Assembly: GCA_017654855.1 (NCBI GenBank)
Contig: CM030334.1
Span: 2,232,001 to 2,296,000 of the forward strand
From: Podospora anserina
Lineage: Eukaryota
Length of the DNA stretch: 64,000 nt
Direction: 5' to 3'
Shown here: positions 59,456 through 64,000 of the stretch, in pieces
Position numbering within the stretch: position 1 is the stretch's first letter
Layout: each line of letters starts with the position of its first letter
Program-made: the position numbers and the translations under genes
Notes under the pieces: model-generated
What the model saw: the letters and a program-made list of their open reading frames with translations, nothing else
Databases searched by the model: none
Told to the model about the DNA's origin: nothing

Positions 59456-61924
59456 ATGGCTAAAACCCTCTTTGACCTCCTGGAGGTGCACGACCAGTCG
59501 TCCGAAAACGAAGAAGACGTCCCAACAGTATCACAGCATCCCCATCCCCACCCCCATCCGCATCCCCAGGCCCAGGTCCAGGTCCAGCCCCAACCCACTG
59601 AAGACGGGGCGTCCGTTACCAGTACCGCAGCTACAGAGGAAATGCCACCCAGTGGCCGGCCCCGGCCCAACACTCCCAGGCGGGAGGCCGACTTCTCCTC
59701 CCTTCTCAACCATGCCGAAAAGGTCGAAGTCAGCTCGCTCATTAATAGACTGACCGACATGATGCAGAAGCAGACAACCCAGTTGTTTGATGTGTTTCCA
59801 CCCGAGAGCAACCCCCTGCCCGTCCGCATCACGGTCTGGAACAAGCTTCCCCCCTATCTCAGAGACCTCAGCTTGACCAAGCCGGTCGAAGAGCAGCCCA
59901 GAAAGGCCCCAGAGAAGCAGGAGAATGTCAAGCCATCGCGCTCTAAGAAGGGAGGTCGGTCCAATGGCAGAAGAACTGACAATAGCACCTCCTCGGACGC
60001 CCCTCCAGCCCCAGCCCAGAGGGAGCCTGACGTGCCACTCCGTCCTCGCCAACAGGAGCTCAAGAAGGAGGCGCTGATGCACTTCAAGCGCTGGCAGACG
60101 GCTGTGCTCAAGCGTTCTGGCGACATTTCGATCCGAAAGGCGAACGACTACGGCAATCAGTATGGGTATGGGCCCAAGAGAGGCTCGTCGTCCTATAAGA
60201 AAAAGAGGGCAAACAGTAAGTTCCAGACCCAGGCCGACGGCTGGGTCCCAGTTGGACGTCCTGACCATGTGGCAGACTCGCAGCCGGCTACCATGATCAA
60301 CGTCACACCCATCACCGTGGAAGCCGATCCTGCCTTCTGGCAACTGTACCCGCCCATTGCAACAGCGCTTTCGACTCTCCCGGCAGGCAAGAGATGTCTC
60401 TTGCTTCATTGCCTCATGCTTTTGCTGCTCTCGCTTGAGAGCTACAACGCCTACACCCGCATCTTGATGCTCAACATCACCTCGTCCCTTCGCTTACCAC
60501 TGCGTGTCTTGACCGAGGAAGAGGTGAGAATTAGCAAGGCCTTCGCTGACCTTGCCAAGACGGTGTCATTTGAAGAGGTGGCTTTGAAGAGGACGGAGGA
60601 GAACAAGTCTTCTCGGAGACGAGCCGGCCCGGCGGGGGCTCACTTTGTGCCCAGCGGCAATCTCGCAGCTCCGCTGATTGCTGCCAGCATCGGTTCAGTC
60701 ACTGGTGGTATGGGGGTTGGGAGCACCACAGCCGCGGGCTTTCTTGGCACGATGGCTGAGAGTGGCCTCGTTGTCGGAAACGTTCTCGGTATGTGCCCTT
60801 GTCGAGCTGGCGGTAAAACTATGGAACAACACGCCAAAGACGTTAGTGACGCCGGCTTTATTCCTCTTCGCGGCATTGTCAACGAGGAGTGTTTCAAAAT
60901 TAGCGAGATTGTTCCAGATCATCGCCGGATTCGAGTCGTGTTGGGAGTCGGTGCCTGGCTGCCCAACAAGACGGACATCTTCCGCCCCTGGAGATGCTTG
61001 GGGGAGCAGAATGAGGTGTATGTGGTTCGTTGGGAGCTCGACAACCTGGTCAAGCTGAACACGGCGCTCGAGACCATGGTCAAGAGCGCCGCGTGGTCCA
61101 TCGCCAAGAAGGAAATCATTGCTCGGTCTAGTGAGCCCAGTTCCAAGCTCCTTCAGCCTGACCCTGCGAAGAGTGCTGACCGCCACGGGCCAGTTTATAC
61201 TAGTCTGATCGACGCCCGTTGGCCGGCCTCTCTTCTAAAGCTCAGCAAGATTGTCGACAACCCCTGGAACACCTGCATGGTCCGCGCCGACAAGCTGGGC
61301 TCTATTCTTGCTGATATCATCTCAAGCAAGGCGCCCGGTGAGCGTGGTGTCTCGCTGGTCGGGTACAGCCTCGGTGCCCGCGCCATTTACACCTGTATGG
61401 CCATTTTGGCCGAGCGACGGGCGTTTGGTTTGGTGGAGAACGTGGTGGTCATGGGCCTTCCGGCGCCTTCGGAGACGGCCATCTGGGTCGCCATGAGAAG
61501 TGTGGTGACGGGTCGCATGGTCAATGTGTACTCGGAGAACGACTACATCCTGGGCTTCCTCTGCCGTCAGTGCAGTGTCGAGTATGGAGTTGCAGGTTTG
61601 GAGCGAATCGCCGGGGTTGAAAGTATCGAGCAATTGGATGTCTCTGCTAAGGTCAGTAGCCACCTCAGATACCCATACCTCGCCGGCACCATTCTGCATC
61701 ACATCGGCTGGGAGGACGTCGACAAGGAACAGGCCACCCAGCAGGAGCACGCCATGTCGATTTGGGAGGAGAAGCTCCGGCAGCACGAGGCGAGACGGGC
61801 TGCTGTTGAGACGGGCAGGCCGGACCCTTTCAAGACCCTGAACACCTTGACGGATACAACGAACAAGGGTCCCGAGCAAGGTATTATTCGTACCCGCATG
61901 AGGAAGAAGAAGGGCAGGAAATGA
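59456..61924 (+). CDS. DUF726 (TMCO4/Mil1-like) alpha/beta-hydrolase-fold protein
   Basis: LLLLSLESYNAYTRILM, GNLAAPLIAASIG, VVRWELDNL, LLKLSKIVDNPW..RADKLG..GERGVSLVGYSLGARAIY, VVTGRMVNVYSENDYILGFL, VSSHLRY. Probable in-frame introns 60216-60275 and 61131-61193. Confidence 0.85.
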   Translation: MAKTLFDLLEVHDQSSENEEDVPTVSQHPHPHPHPHPQAQVQVQPQPTEDGASVTSTAATEEMPPSGRPRPNTPRREADFSSLLNHAEKVEVSSLINRLTDMMQKQTTQLFDVFPPESNPLPVRITVWNKLPPYLRDLSLTKPVEEQPRKAPEKQENVKPSRSKKGGRSNGRRTDNSTSSDAPPAPAQREPDVPLRPRQQELKKEALMHFKRWQTAVLKRSGDISIRKANDYGNQYGYGPKRGSSSYKKKRANSKFQTQADGWVPVGRPDHVADSQPATMINVTPITVEADPAFWQLYPPIATALSTLPAGKRCLLLHCLMLLLLSLESYNAYTRILMLNITSSLRLPLRVLTEEEVRISKAFADLAKTVSFEEVALKRTEENKSSRRRAGPAGAHFVPSGNLAAPLIAASIGSVTGGMGVGSTTAAGFLGTMAESGLVVGNVLGMCPCRAGGKTMEQHAKDVSDAGFIPLRGIVNEECFKISEIVPDHRRIRVVLGVGAWLPNKTDIFRPWRCLGEQNEVYVVRWELDNLVKLNTALETMVKSAAWSIAKKEIIARSSEPSSKLLQPDPAKSADRHGPVYTSLIDARWPASLLKLSKIVDNPWNTCMVRADKLGSILADIISSKAPGERGVSLVGYSLGARAIYTCMAILAERRAFGLVENVVVMGLPAPSETAIWVAMRSVVTGRMVNVYSENDYILGFLCRQCSVEYGVAGLERIAGVESIEQLDVSAKVSSHLRYPYLAGTILHHIGWEDVDKEQATQQEHAMSIWEEKLRQHEARRAAVETGRPDPFKTLNTLTDTTNKGPEQGIIRTRMRKKKGRK

Positions 61925-62340
61925 AGTTTTGGAGGGATTTGATACCGAGTATCTGCACAGGGAATCGCTACCATTGTGTTGATTTTTTTTTCTTTTTTTT
62001 TTATTGGGGGATGAAAGACTATGGTCACGAGGCGATATTCAGGCGCCAGATTGCCACCTTACAGGACGAAGCCATGGTTATGAATTATGGCAGCCGGGTT
62101 ATGCATGGCTGGGAACGTGTTAACTGATGTATGTTGAATTAGCCTGGGTTGTTTCAGTTGGGGAAGGGCGTTCTCTATGTGAGACCAACGCTTTGATGTT
62201 AGTACAATGCAATGTTTGCTTTATATGTGGTGATAGTGCGTCGGTGGTGGTCGTTGTGACTTGTTGTGATAGTTTCCACCTTTTTTTCTTTCATGCTCAT
62301 GGGTTCTCTCGGTAGTAGCTCTTTCTGACTAGTGCCAACC

Positions 62341-62683
62341 TCACTCTGCCGCAACGGCCATGCCACTCCTCACGACAAAGTAGCCCCCTCCTCCCACGAT
62401 GACCTTTTCGGAGGCGGTTCCCAGCACATCCCACTTCTCGACGTCTCTCTGCTCTTTGGTAGTAGCGTCAACCGTCCTCCTCCTCCTCGGCCGCTTCCAC
62501 TTGCCCACCCGTTCCTCGTTGTCGAGGGCTTCCTTGAGTGTGTCGACTGTGATTGCCGATTCGGCGAGGCCTTCTGGGGTCTCGTCACGGATAGAGGATA
62601 GGGGTTCGACGTTGGATGTGTTGACTGATTGGAGGTGGGCGAGGAAGTGGAGCTGGGAGTGGAGGTCGGAGAGGATTTTGGAG

Positions 62684-62717
<34 letters not shown>

Positions 62718-63021
62718 GAGGTTCTGGGGAGGTTGGTGAGGGGGGAGGAAGGGCGGAGAGTTTGAGGAGGTGGGAGAGTTGGTGTGGGGTTATTGATGGT
62801 GTTGATGGTGAGGGTGAGGGGGAAGAGGGGAGGAGGGAGGTGATGGACCAGGTTGGGTTTGAGAGGAGGTTGTCAGGGTCGACTGGGGTGTGAGAGGGGT
62901 TTATGGCGGTGGGTTTTTGGGGTAGGGGGGGGGAGGAGGTTGTTGAAAAGGCTGAAGGGGGGTGAGATAGGGGGCGGATTTGGCGGAGGGGTTGCCGGAG
63001 GAGGTGGTGAGGTTTGATCAT
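62341..63021 (-). CDS. GTA3: Mitochondrial Glu-tRNA(Gln) amidotransferase subunit F/C-like (Gta3/GatF)
   Basis: Basic presequence, LLSNPTWSITSLLP, ITPHQLSHLLKLSALP, LHSQLHFLAHLQSVNTSNVEPLSSIRDET, WDVLGTA..GYFVV. Confidence 0.7.
62683..62715 (-). repeat. (AAC)11 microsatellite encoding poly-Asn
   Basis: (gtt)11 on the + strand. Confidence 0.9.
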
Positions 63022-63490
63022 GGTGGTGTGTGTCTTGGTGAGTGGTTTGAAGAATTGGACAGATGGGTTGCTGAGAAATTGTTGTTGCCAAATTTCGGGT
63101 TTGTGAGAAAATATGGGAGCTTGGATAAGTGAACCTTTCGGCCGCGTGTCGTGATGACGAGTTTGGAGTTTTGAGAGTGAAGAAGTGAGCTGTGAAATCA
63201 ATTGAGCGCATGGGCTAACTAATTGCGGGTAGGAGCTAGCTGGATTGGTATAGGGTAGGCTGGCGTCATAGCTCCCTTTTTTAGGCCCGGCCGTTGTTGG
63301 CCTACCGCCACTTGGCCCCGCCTTACCGACCTACACACACTACAGCTCACACTCCTGCGCAACCATTCTTGTCTATCAAAGCCCGAGCAGAAATTGAAAA
63401 TTTGCGACGACGACGACGACGACGACAGCACGAAATCGATACCGCCAGACGATAAATACCAACAAAAGGGGGGAAATACAATAACACAAC

Positions 63491-64000
63491 ATGGCTCTCG
63501 ATCCGCGCGCGTTGGAGGAGAAGGTGCGTTCTACAGTTGGACACGTTGGGCATAAGAGAGGGCACCGCTGATACGGATTACACAAAACAGGCGAAGAAGA
63601 CCCTCGCGGGCGCCTCGGGCGGCTTCAGCTTCTTCAGCGGGAGCAAGGAGGACAAGCTCCAGAATGCGGCGGAGCTGTTTGTCCAGGCGGGAAATGCTTA
63701 CAAGATGGAGGGGAAGAGTGCGTTCCCCTTTCCGTCGCTGTGGAAACGATGGGACTGACATGGAACAGACAAGGAAGCAGGCACCGCATTTGAGCAAGCG
63801 GCCAAGATCCACAGAGACAGGCTGAACGAACCCGACGACGCGGCCAACATTATGGTGGACGCCTTCAAGGTCTATAGAAAAGACAACCCCGAGGACGCGG
63901 TCCGGTGCTTGGGTGTGGCGATTGATCGGTACACGCAGAAAGGAAACTTTAGACGGGCGGCGAGTCACAAGGAGAACGAAGGGGAGGTTCTGGAGGAGGA
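63491..64000 (+). CDS. SEC17: Alpha-SNAP vesicle fusion protein, 5' part (truncated by the window end)
   Basis: MALDPRALEEK|AKKTLAGASGGFSFFSGSKEDKLQNAAELFVQAGNAYKME..KEAGTAFEQAAKIH..NEPDDAAN..DAFKVYRK..GNFRRAASHKE. Introns 63524-63590 and about 63718-63768. Confidence 0.93.

Noticed and set aside
58801-59463. 220-aa ORF upstream of the DUF726 gene
   Set aside because: Non-ATG start and no recognisable motif; most likely 5' leader or promoter sequence.
45883-61193. Several stop-free 3n introns (45883-45930, 53030-53119, 60216-60275, 61131-61193; also 1938-1888)
   Set aside because: The count is roughly what chance gives among the many short introns here; no evidence for regulated retention.

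Overview
Gene-dense, intron-containing chromosome segment of a filamentous ascomycete (Sordariales; sequence style and gene content suggest the Podospora anserina species complex, which is an inference). About 19 protein-coding genes are present, mostly conserved housekeeping loci: SPO22/ZIP4, an RSE2/AOD2/AcuM Zn2Cys6 factor, an OPT transporter, UFD2, a RING-TRAF protein, a calpain, RMT3, RAV1, a Tag1/DUF3712-like gene, ornithine carbamoyltransferase, ILV6, a KH protein, TRAPPC13, a DENN protein, YPI1, DUF726, Gta3/GatF and SEC17. Two accessory patches stand out: a HET-domain gene next to a lone CtvD/AtmA-like membrane protein (8.5-13 kb), and an AT-rich TIR-bounded transposon relic next to a frameshifted OTT_1508-type deaminase (28-29.6 kb). 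The most unexplained signal is a dispersed family of five intergenic, degenerate 21-bp tandem arrays (consensus about TTTRAAGGCCTRTYRACTGTC) with alternating A/T and G/C tracts at about 10.5-bp spacing. Other oddities: an apparent -1 frameshift in RAV1, two GC-AG introns, Gcn4/CPC-1 sites around the convergent OTC/ILV6 pair, and a sawtooth C-rich to G-rich skew along transcripts. All family assignments come from motif recognition by eye, not database searches; exon boundaries were read manually and are approximate.
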